Assembly (NCBI GenBank): GCA_951406725.2 | Contig: OX597817.1 | Span: 174,530,001 to 174,594,000 of the forward strand | Length of the DNA stretch: 64,000 nt | Source: Octopus vulgaris | Lineage: Eukaryota | Reading direction: 5' to 3' | In this document: positions 13,002-24,236 of the stretch, piece by piece | Layout of the letters: each line of letters begins with the position of its first letter | Position numbering within the stretch: position 1 is the stretch's first letter | The notes under the pieces: model-generated | Databases searched by the model: none | What the model was told of the DNA's origin: nothing | Seen by the model: only the letters and a program-made list of their open reading frames with translations | Program-made: the position numbers and the translations under genes

Positions 13002-13574
13002 AAGTGTGTATTTCTATGTAATAGCACTGCAGACGAGCTCAGCAAGTAATCACATTTGCTGCTTAGTTTTAGATGTTGAAGCCTTATGAAGCCTTAAGCT
13101 GATAAAACTGATAAGAACATAGTCTCTCTGAATGGTTACGATGTTAGTCTACCACTGATAAACTTCCTACAGAAACATTGAAACTGAGTTAATATCTCAG
13201 TAAACTAACACAAACAGAATTGGTTTATTGTCTACTCGAAATGACAAGGATATGATGTAGTTTAATGAAGATGTATGATTTCATACAGTCTCTTTAATAT
13301 TCGTCACTTAAAAGCTTAGCAGAGTCAGACCATTGTTTGATAGAGGAGAATGAGGTAGGGGTGCTTTGGAAGAGTGGGCAGTTATAGTGACAAAGTAAAA
13401 ATAAATTAAGGGAAGCTGTCATTCGAACTGGTTAATTAATCTATGTTATATGCTAGCTGTAAACAGAACGTTTTTAATGTAGGAGCGAAAGAGGGTTCCA
13501 GTTAAACACTGAGTAAATCTTTGCTGTCCTGAAGAGCAATATTTTGTATTCAGTAAATCTATAATTAGATGCAA

Positions 13575-14030
13575 TGTGTTTGTGTGTGGATGTGCATGTG
13601 AGCATGTGTTTGTAGATATGTTTATATGTGTATATGTGTACTTGTGGATATGTTTTTGAGGATGTGTGTGTATGTGTGAGTGTGTGTGTGTGAGTGTGTA
13701 TATGAGTATGTGTATATGTATGTGCAAGTGGGTGTGTGTGTGTGTGTATATGAGTATGTGTATATGTATGTGCAAGTGTGTGAGCATGTAGTATGAGCAT
13801 GCATGTGTATGTGAGTTTGTGTGAGAATATGTGCGTGAGAGTAGTGTGTGTGTGTATATTTATGAGTGAGTGTTTGTAGGTGAGTCAAACCATGTGTGTG
13901 TCTGTGTGTGCAAGAACATATTTGTGTGTGTGGACACGTATGTGCATGTATGAATGTGTGTGTAAACACATATGTTTGAACTGAACATGTGTGTATGTTT
14001 ATGTATGTGTGCCTTTAATGTGAGTGTATA
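13575..14030. repeat. Degenerate (TG)n low-complexity tract
   Basis: Read directly. Confidence 0.9.
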
Positions 14031-14714
14031 TTTTTTACTATTTAACAGAAGAAGTCAGTGGGGATGGCCATGTCATAACCTTTGTAGTTTGAAGAAATCA
14101 ATACAGTTGTTATACTGATATTCAGCTTAAGAATTCTGTGCATTGATGCCGATGGTGGTGGTGGTGGGGGGGTGGGGGTGGGGAAGTGTGACGAGAGAGG
14201 AGGAGGAGGAAGAGGAAGAGGAATTTGTGAAGGTCGTAGTTCTAGCAAAAAGGTCATTCCAAGAACTACATGTTTAGCATGGAGTTTGGAAAGTGAGCTG
14301 TAGTCAGGATGACAAAAAAAGGAGGAAGATCGGTTTTTGTGAGAGAAAACTTAGCTGTTCAAAAGAGCAACGAAGAGGTGTTGAGGTAATGAGAGAAGAC
14401 AGAAAGGGGCAATCCTTCAGTAATGGTACACGACCCACACAACCTTCTCTTATGACGAAAATAAAGAGACTAAGGTAAAAAAAAAAAGGGAGAATGATTT
14501 ATTTCCTCATACTGACACTCTGTAGACCACCATCAAAAGATCACCCAGAAAGGATGCTGTTTATCAATGACTTGGTAGTCAATGTATGCTGGTATGTGGG
14601 TGTTTGGATGGTGAGTTATAAGGTCTTTTACCTTCTATCTTCTACTTGTTTCAGTCATTGGACTGCAGCCAGAGTTTGACCCAAGTACTTAACATTTAAG
14701 TGTTGTACTTATTC

Positions 14715-14866
14715 TATCAGTCTGTGAGTTTAAATTCCACTGAGGTTGACTTTGCCTTTCAAACTTCCAGGCTTGATGATTTAAGTTCCAGTTGAACAGT
14801 GGGGCTGATGTAATCAACTTAAACCCTCCCCCAAAATTACTGGCCTTGTGCCAAAATGTGAAACCA
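14715..14866 (+). mobile_element. Meta-domain-like SINE fragment
   Basis: GAGTTTAAATTCCACTGAGGTTGACTTTGCCTTTCA; homologous to 56970-57188. Confidence 0.7.
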
Positions 14867-14914
14867 GTATTACTGCTAACTCTCATAAGCCCTGCTAATT
14901 GTGTCACGTAGAGA

Positions 14915-15088
14915 ACACAGAAAACTCTGTAAAGTGGTTGGCATTAGGAAGGGCATCCAGCTGTAGAAACCAAGCCAAAACAGACTATGGGACCTGGTGT
15001 GGCCCCTGGCATTTCCAGTTCCTGTTAAGCCATCCAACCCATGCCAGCAAGGAAAAACAGCCGTTAAATGATGATTATGATGATGATT
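14915..15088 (+). mobile_element. RTE 3' tail fragment
   Basis: GTGGTTGGCATTAGGAAGGGCATCCAGCTGTAGAAAC..CCAACCCATGC..GTTAAAT(GAT)n. Confidence 0.85.
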
Positions 15089-15104
15089 AATTGTCATGAT
15101 ATAG

Positions 15105-15447
15105 TGTGAAGGCGCATGGCTCAGTGGTTAGAGCATTGAGCTTATGATCATGAGGATGTGAGTTCGAATCCCGGACCGGGCAACATGTTGTGTTCTTGAG
15201 CAAGACACTTTGTTTCATGTTGTTCCAGTCACTCAGCTGTAGAAATGAGTTGCAATGTCACTGGTGCCAAACTGTATCGGCCCCTTTGCCTTTCCCTTGG
15301 ATAACACTGGTGGCATGGAGAAGGGAGGCTGGTATGCATGAGCAACTGCTGGTCTTCCATAAACAACCTTGCCCGGACTTGTTTGTGCCTGGGAGGGTAA
15401 CTTTCTAGGTGCAATCCCATTGTCAGTCATAACCGAAGGGGGTCTCA
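15105..15447 (+). mobile_element. tRNA-derived CORE-like SINE (family C)
   Basis: Box A TGGCTCAGTGGTTAG, box B GAGTTCGAATCCC; inverted sister copy at 57391-57728. Confidence 0.9.
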
Positions 15448-15961
15448 GATGGTGTGTTACCCAGTGGTTAGGGTGGTTAACCTCACCATTATAATGTCAT
15501 GGTTTCAATTTCTGGACCAGGCTGCCCATTTGACCAGTCTACTCCAGTCTACTCCAACTGAAATCAAGTCCCAGCTAAGTGCTGGTACAGCTCTCTCTTT
15601 TTCCACCTGTCACATCTGCAGCCTTTATGTCCAACTGGGTCATGAGTAGGAGGGTCATCTCTGCTTGTGACTATATGGTAACCTTAAGCAATTAGTGAAA
15701 ACATGGTACCTGGTGTCAAGTCATACTTGCTTGAAAGTGATTGTTATAATTCATTCTCATTTACTAATTGCTGTGATTAGTGATGGGAGGAGCAACAGAT
15801 TATCATAATAACCATATATAAATATTAGATGGAATTTGTATAATTTTAATTTCATTGCAGTGACATGATCAATATCATTTAGAATAATGATCACACTCTC
15901 CACACACATACACACACATGCACGCAGACACGCACGCATGTACACACACACAAATACATAC

Positions 15962-17222
15962 ATTCTCATATATGGCATAAAATGCAACCTCTGCGGGATA
16001 CTTTATGTAGGACAGACAGTAGACCGGTTAGCCAACCGGTTCGCCAAACATCTCAGGGATGTTCGGCTGCGTTCCAATTCTCCCGTCGCACGTCACTTCT
16101 GCTCGGCCAGCCATTCCCCCGGTGACATCTCTGTTTTTGGTCTCGCCCCACACAACGGACCTCCACAATCCAGGCTTCACTTGGAGCAACGGTTTATTTT
16201 CACTTTACAGACTAATACCCCGCACGGACTCAACACAGCCCCCTCCTCTTAGTGACTACGTCTCCACCTTCCGCAACAAGCAACTTTATTTCTTATTTCT
16301 TCCTCATTTTCTTTTTTTTTTTCTTTGTCTTTTTTTTCATTTCTTTCCTTACGTCTTTACGTCTTTTATATTATTTTAATAATTTTTTGTTTTTTGTTTA
16401 TTTATTATTTTATTGTTTTTATAAATTATTGTCTTTATAGAGAAACACATACACACACATACTCATGTATCCACGAACACACACATACCTCCAACACACC
16501 ACACACATACAACATACATGCACATATACGCACACATACTTCCACACACATACACACACGCACACATACACAAATACACACACCCACACACACATGCACA
16601 CACACACGTACATACACACACACCAGCACAGATGCCCACATATACCTCCAACTAACAATACTCATACAGATACGCACACACTTATACACACATGGGCACA
16701 GACACACGCACATATATGCACGTAAGTGCACACACGCACACAAGCACACGCACGCACATTACGCCCACACAACTCAAAAAAACCCCACACACACGCATAC
16801 ACAAATTCACATACACACCGATACATATACATACACACAATATATGCCTACATGCGCACACAAACATACACTTACATATACACATATAGACACAGACACA
16901 CACACATGCACACAAAAACATGCGCACACATACACATGCACTCACGCACATGATTGCACACACCCAAAACTCACAACCCCACGGATACACGTATATACAC
17001 CCAGATACGCTTACACACACACATACAAATGCACACATACACGCACACACAACTGCACGCACATACGACACACACGCACACACGCACACAAATGAACCCA
17101 CACATACAACCCATAAACACGGCACACAATTATACATACATGCACACACACATACTTCAAAGTAGCACCACTCCTTCTTCTTCGACCTTCACACTACTAG
17201 CCCTTTGTTCAACAGCCACAAC

Positions 17223-17254
<32 letters not shown>

Positions 17255-17565
17255 TCATCATTGCACACATACACACACACGCACACGCAGACCTCCGCGC
17301 ATGGACATATCCACACTTACACACACATTCTCCTGTCTTTGAAAACAACTTTCTTCACCCTTTTCCTTCCAATCTTTCAAAATGTGACCTTGTGTGTACC
17401 GTTGGCAATTTTTTTTTCTCTGTCTTCCCTTCTCCTATGTTTCCGACGAAGAGCTCCGCTCGAAACGTTAAACCCTCCTTCTTTCCTTCTTTCCTGAGCG
17501 TCCAATAATACTATATTTGTTCCACGTCCTCGCATTGTGCTTTTTTGTGCTTTCTTGTTTGGATT
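15962..17565 (+). mobile_element. 5'-truncated Penelope-like element: GIY-YIG endonuclease, (CA)-rich 3' region and pLTR with hammerhead core
   Basis: IYGIKCNLCGILYVGQT..RFAKH..VARHF..H..EQRFIFTLQT..PHGLN (15965-16252); hammerhead motif at 17443-17502. Confidence 0.85.
17438..17508 (+). ncRNA. Type I hammerhead ribozyme-like motif in PLE pLTR
   Basis: CCGACGA-A-GAGC-TCC-GCTC-GAAACG...CGTC: core, stem II, stem III and a GUC site at 17500-17502; stem I is weak. Confidence 0.55.
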
Positions 17566-17999
17566 ATATATATATATCATCATCATCATCATCATCATTT
17601 AACGTCCGCTTTCCATGCTAGCATGGGTTGGACGGTTCAACTGGGGTCTGGGGAGCCCGAAAGCTGCACCAGTCCAGTCAGATCTGGCAGTGTTTCTACA
17701 GCTAGATGCCCTTCCTAACGCCAACCACTCCGAGAGTGTAGTGGGTGATTTTATGTGCCACCGACACAGGTGCCAGACGAGGCTGGCAAACGGCCACGCT
17801 CGGATGGTGTTTTTTATGTGCCACCGACACAGGTGCCAGATGAGGCTGGCAAACGGCCATGATCGGATGGTGTTTGTTACGTGCCCACAGCACGGAGGCC
17901 AGTCGATGCGGTACTGGCTACGGCCACGTTCGGATGGTTTTCTTGTGTGCCACGTGCCACCGGCACTGGTACCACAAAGATACAAATTCCATTGATGTT

Positions 18000-20716
18000 C
18001 ATCTATTTTGATTTGTTTTGATTTTCACTTGCCTCAACAGGTCTTCACAAGTGTCACAAGAAGGAAGGTATGCACAGGTGGACTGACTACGTCCCAGGTA
18101 GGGGCCACAGGTTATGGCCTGACTAGTCTTGCCGGGTCTTCGGATGGTGTTTTTATGTGCCACCGACACAGGTGCCAGATGAGGCTGGCGAACGGCCACG
18201 ATCGGATGGTGTTTGTTATGTGCCCACAGCACGGAGGCCAGTCAGTGCGGTACTGGCTACGGCCACGTTCGGATGGTTTTCTTGTGTGCCACCGGCACTG
18301 GTACCACAAAGATACAATTCCATTAATGTTCATCTATTTTGATTTGTTTTGATTTCATTTTGATTTTCACTTGCCTCAACAGGCCTTCACAAGTATCACA
18401 AGGAGGAAGGTATGCACAGGTGGACTGACTACGTCCCAGGTAGGGGCCATGGGATATGGCCTGACTAGTCTTGCCGGGTCTTCGGATGGTGTTTTTATGT
18501 GCCACCGACACAGGTGCTAGATGAGGCTGGCGAACGGCCATGATCGGATGGTGTTTGTTATGTGCCCACAGCACGATGGCCAGTCGATGCGGTACTGACT
18601 ACGGCCACGTTCGGATAGATTTCTTGTGTGCCACAGGCACTGGTACCACAAAGATACAAATTCCATTGATGTTCATCTATTTTGATTTGATTTGATTTTC
18701 ACTTGCCTCAACAGGTCTTCACAAGTGTCACAAGAAGGAAGGTATGCACAGGTGGACTGACTAGTCTTGCCGGGTCTTCGGAAGGTGTTTTTATGTGCCA
18801 AAGACACAGGTGCCAGATGAGGCTGGCGAACGGCCATGATCAGAAGGTGTTTGTTACGTGCCCACAGCACGGAGGCCGGTCGATGCGGAACTGGCTACGG
18901 CCACGTTCGGATGGTTCTCTTGTGTGCCACCGGCACTGGTACCCCAAAGATACAATTCCATTAATGTTCATCTATTTTGATTTGTTTTGATTTCATTTTG
19001 ATTTTCACTTGCCTCAACAGGCCTTCACAAGTATCACAAGGAGGAAGGTATGCACAGGTGGACTGACTACGTCCCAGGTAGGGGCCATGGGATATGGCCT
19101 GACTAGTCTTGCCGGGTCTTCGGATGGTGTTTTTATGTGCCACCGACACAGGTGCTAGATGAGGCTGGCGAACGGCCATGATCGGATGGTGTTTGTTATG
19201 TGCCCACAGCACGATGGCCAGTCGATGCGGTACTGACTACGGCCACGTTCGGATAGATTTCTTGTGTGCCACAGGCACTGGTACCACAAAGATACAAATT
19301 CCATTGATGTTCATCTATTTTGATTTGATTTGATTTTCACTTGCCTCAACAGGTCTTCACAAGTGTCACAAGAAGGAAGGTATGCACAGGTGGACTGACT
19401 AGTCTTGCCGGGTCTTCGGAAGGTGTTTTTATGTGCCAAAGACACAGGTGCCAGATGAGGCTGGCGAACGGCCATGATCGGATGGTGTTTGTTACGTGCC
19501 CACAGCACGGAGGCCAGTCGATGCGGAACTGGCTACGGCCACGTTCGGATGGTTCTCTTGTGTGCCACCGGCACTGGTACCACAAAGATACAGATTCCAT
19601 TGATGTTCATCTATTTTGATTTGTTTTGATTTTGATTTTCACTTGCCTCAACAGGTCTTCACAAGTGTCACAAGAAGGAAGGTATGCACAGGTGGACTGA
19701 CTACGTCCCAGGTAGGGGCCATGGGTTATGGCCTGACTAGTCTTGCCGGGTCTTCGGATGGTGTTTTTATGTGCCACCGACACAGGTGCTAGATGAGGCT
19801 GGCAAACGGCCATGATCGGATGGTGTTTGTCATGTGCCCACAGCACGGAGGCCAGTCGATGCGGTACTGGCTACGGCCACTTTCGGATGGCTTTCTCTTG
19901 TGTGCCACCGGCACTGGTACCACAAAGATACAAATTCCATTGATGTTCATCTATTTTGATTTGTTTTGATTTGATTTTGATTTTCACTTGCCTCAACAGG
20001 CCTTCACAAGTATCACAAGGAGGAAGGTATGCACAGGTGGACTGACTACGTCCCAGGTAGGGGCCATGGGTTACGGCCTAACTAGTCTTGCCGGGTCTTT
20101 GGATGGTGTTTTTATGTGCCACCGACACAGGTGCTAGATGAGGCTGGCGAACGGCCACGCGATCGGATGGTGTTTGTTATGTGCCCACAGCACGATGGCC
20201 AGTGATGCGGTACTGACTACGGCCACATTCGGATGGATTCTTGTGTGCCACCGGCACTGGTACCACAAAGATACAAATTTCATTGATGTTCATCTATTTT
20301 GATTTGTTTTGATTTTCACTTGCCTCAACAGGTCTTCACAAGTGTCACAAGAAGGAAGGTATGTACAGGTGGACTGACTACGTCCCAGGTAGGGGCCACG
20401 GGTTATGACCTGACTAGTCTTGCCGGGTCTTCGGATGGTGTTTTTATGTGCCACCATGTTCCCACAGCACGGAGGCCAGTCGATGCGGTACTGGCTACGG
20501 CCACGTTCGGATGGTTTTCTTGTGTGCCACAGGCACTGGTACCACAGGCACTGGTACCACAAAGATACAAATTCCATTGATGTTCATCTATTTTGATTGA
20601 TTTTCACTTGCCTCAGCAGGTCTTCACAAGTGTCACAAGAAGGAAGGTATGCACAGGTGGATCGACTACGTCCCAGGTAGGGGCCACGGGATATGGCCTG
20701 ACTAGTCCTGCCGGGT
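18000..20716 (-). repeat. Tandem array of nine 288-345 bp RTE 3'-end units, including a duplicated 638-bp dimer
   Basis: (G/A)ACTAGTC marker at 18121, 18463, 18759, 19101, 19397, 19735, 20080, 20412 and 20700. Confidence 0.95.
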
Positions 20717-23533
20717 CCTCTCATGCACAGCACACTTCCATAGGACTCGGTCTTCAGTCATTTCCTTGGTGAGACCTAAAGTTCGAAGGTCGTGCTTCAC
20801 CACCTCGTCCCAGGTTTTCCTGGGTCTACCTCTTCCACAGGTTCCCTCAACTGCTAGGGTGTAGCACTTTTGCACACAACTATCTTCAGCCATTCTCGTC
20901 ACATGACCATACCAGCGCAGCCGTCTCTCTTGCACACCACAACTGACACTTCTTAAGTTCAACTTTTCTCTCAAAGTACTTACACTCTGACGATTATGAA
21001 CACTGACATTACACATCCATCGGAGCATACTGGCTTCATTTCTTGCAAGCTTACGCATATCCTCAGCAGTCACGGCCCATGTTTCACTACCATGTAGCAT
21101 GGCTGTACGTACACACGCATCATATAGACTGCCTTTTACTCTGAGCGAGAGGCCTTTTGTCACCAGCAGGGGTAAGAGCTCTCTAAACTTTGCCCAGGCT
21201 ATTCTTACTCTAGCAGTTACACTTTCAGCACACCCACCCCCGCTACTGACTTGGTCTCCTAGGTAGCGGAAGCTATCAACTACTTCTAGTTTGTCTCCCT
21301 GGAACGTGGTAGAAGTTGGTCTCTGCACATTTCCAGTGTTTATTGCTCCTGAGCATCTGCCACAGACAAAAACTATTTTCTTAGTTAGCCTTCCTTTGAC
21401 ATTGCTGCACCTCTTATGTGTCCATAGCTTACACTTGGTGCACCTTATAGAGTTTCTACCTACACCTTTTTTACAGATCGAGCAGGGCCATCTACCTGAA
21501 GTCGTTTGTGATTGGTCCACCTTCCTACTTATTAGGACTTTGGTTTTGGCTAGGTTGATTCTAAACTTCTCCTCCAGTTCTGATAGTGACTCAGCAATTA
21601 GAGCAAGGTCATCAGCATAGAGGAGCTCCCAGGGGCATCCTGTCTTGAATTCCTCCGTTATTGCCTGGAGGACTATGATAAATAGGAGGGGACTGAGTAC
21701 TGAACCTTGGTGGACCCCAACCTCTACCCGGAATTCTTCACTGTACTCGTTGCCAACCCTCACCTTACTAGCAGCGTCTCTGTACATGGCTCGCACAGCT
21801 CTCACTAACCATTCATCTATCCCTAGTTTCCTCATTGACCACCAGATAAGGGATCGGGGGACCCTGTCAAAGGCTTTCTCCAAGTCAACAAAAGCCAGAT
21901 ACAAGGGCTTATCTTTGGCTAGGTATTTCTCCTGCAGCTGTCTTACCAGGAATATAGCATCGGTAGTACTTTTCCCTGGCACAAACCCAAACTGCATATC
22001 ATCTAAGCTAACTCTCTCTCTAATTAATTGGGCTATAACCCTCTCCATAACCTTCATTACCTGATCCAGCAGCTTGATGCCCCTGTAGCTATTTGTATAT
22101 CTAGGGCGTCGCCTTTACCTTTGTAGCAGTTGACTATTATGCTGCTACACCAGTCATTGGGTATGACTCCTTCGTGTATCACCTGGTTTACTATACGGGT
22201 GACTAAGCTATAGCCGACACTACCAGATATTTTGAGCATCTCTGCAGTAATTCCTGATGGGCCTGGGGCTTTCCCTGTTTTCATGCTTCTAATTGCCTTA
22301 TCTACTAAGGAACTGTTAACTCGGATTGCTGGTCCCTCTGTTGGGTCGACATTCGGGAGACTCTCTTTATCCCATTCATTTTCCTCATTCAGCAACCTTT
22401 CATAGTGGCATCTCCAAGCCTCTCTCTTTGCATCCTCATTTAGCGCAAGTGAACCGTCATCCTTGCGAACACATTTCTCTCCTACCACGTCACGATTCTC
22501 TCTCACACACTGTCTTGCAACACGAAATACCTCAAGTCTTTCATCCTCACGGCGCAGGACATTGGCAAATTTTTCTTTATCTGCCTCCCCTCTGGCTAGA
22601 TAGACCTGTCTCCTAGCTTCCCTTCTGGCAGTCTGATACACTTCCCTGCTACCACCGTTCTTCCAGGCCTTCCAAGCCTGTTTCTTTTGTCTAATAGCCC
22701 TGTCAACAATATTGTTCCACCACCACGTTATTTTGGGTCTTAAGGGGACTTTGCACCAGCCACAGATCTGGTCAGCGGCTTTCAGCAGGTTGTCCCTCAG
22801 AAACGTCCAGTTGTCTTCTACCCCATGCGTAGCTATACCCCCTTCCACTTCGTCAAAGGCTTCAAGTAACATATCTCTAAATCTCTGTCCATTCGCAGGG
22901 TCTTTTAGCTTCCAGACCCTTCTTCTCCATGTTGGTCGTCTTCTAGTCGCCCTCTTAGTCCTGATCCTAAAGTCACTAACTACCAGTCTATGTTGTGGGG
23001 TGCATTCTTCGCCTGGGAAGGTTTTGGCATTTATAAGCAGCCATCTTTCCCTTTTTCTGGCAAGGATGTAGTCAATCTGGCTGGTGTGTCTGCCAGAACG
23101 GTAGGTGACTAGGTGAGAGGTGGGTTTCCTGAAGTTGGTATTGCAGACCATAAGGTCATTTGCATCGCAGAACTCCAGCAGCCTGGTTCCCTCCTCGTTG
23201 CGGGAACCATAACCGTAGCCTCCATGTACGCTATGGAAGCCCCCAGCATGTCGTCCAACATGCCCATTGAAATCACCAGCCACAAAGAGAAGGTCCCTGT
23301 CGTTCGTCAATGAGGTGGTCTGCAGTAGGGTGTCATAGAAACTGTCTTTCTGTCCATCGGGTAGCCCTGGCTGAGGGGCATAGGCCGATATAATGGTTGC
23401 TAATCTATTATGAAGCACTATTCTAATCTTAAGTATTCTGTCACTTACTCTGATTACCTCAATTACTCTATCTACCCATTTCTCAGCGATAAGTATACCC
23501 ACGCCACCGATCCCGTCAGTGTTCCCTGCCCAG

Positions 23534-23537
<4 letters not shown>
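20702..23537 (-). pseudogene. RTE ORF (APE endonuclease, reverse transcriptase, PHD finger); one frameshift near 22090 and a small in-frame deletion
   Basis: SAYAPQ, GDFNGHVG, SQIDYIL, QHRLV, KAPGPSG, QFGF, FVDLEKAFD, GVHQGSVLSP, YADD, FRYLG, GRGRPRKTW; about 12 aa (VWKQGLESKGFR in the 11.6 kb copy) are missing before INLAKTK. Confidence 0.93.
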
Positions 23538-23577
<40 letters not shown>

Positions 23578-23809
23578 AACTTATAAACAAGGGCAAAAGA
23601 AAAAAATTATTTCTATGCCAATATGCTGAGAACAGACTTTAAATCATCAATTTCCACATTTCCTTATACATTCACTATAAATACACGTCGTGCTGAAATC
23701 AAGGAAAGCTAGCTAACAAAATTCTTTTAAGAGTTTGTTATTTCTATATCGAATCAATTTCGGGATTAATCCTATGGATTCTTCTCTCTTCAGTAGAAAA
23801 TACGATAAG

Positions 23810-24236
23810 AAATAAATACTCAAGACTATTTAAGCATTTTATCTGATCAAATTCATCCTGTGGTTGTGGAACTGTTTCCGGAGGGAAACGCAATCTTTCA
23901 GGATCATAATGAATGGCATGAGGAACATTCTAGTGAAGTTGAACATCATATCTGGCCACCACAGTCCCCAGATCTCAATATTATTGAACATTTATGGTGC
24001 ATTTTAGAAAAAACTTTTAAGGAGTCGATATCCTCCACCATCATCACTGCAAGAACAGGAGACTGTTTTAGCTGAAGAATGGACAAAACATTCCTTTGGA
24101 AACAATTCAAACTTTGTACGAGTCTATATCTCACAGAATTCAAGCTGTAATTACTGCCAAAGGCGGTCCTACTCTATATTAAAATTAATTTGTTTGAAAT
24201 TTAAGGCGTTTCCATCATTTTGTTCAACCTCTGTAT
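23810..24236 (+). mobile_element. Tc1-like transposase 3' relic with probable right TIR
   Basis: FPEGNAIFQD..WPPQSPDLNIIEHLWCILEK; ends TTTTGTTCAACCTCTG-TA. Confidence 0.85.

Larger units (their letters stand above)
17578..23537 (-). mobile_element. Young 5'-truncated RTE-clade LINE with tandemly amplified 3' UTR and (GAT)n tail, inserted in (TA)n
   Basis: APE and RT ORF at 20702-23537, repeated 3' units at 18000-20700, tail at 17578-17597, (TA)n on both flanks. Confidence 0.95.

Noticed and set aside
16325-17508. His/Thr-rich 256-aa and 184-aa ORFs
   Set aside because: Degenerate (CA)n low complexity
17599-20580. Many 60-130 aa ORFs in the RTE 3' array (also at 38351-39852)
   Set aside because: They occur on both strands and frames vary among units, as expected of non-coding repeats
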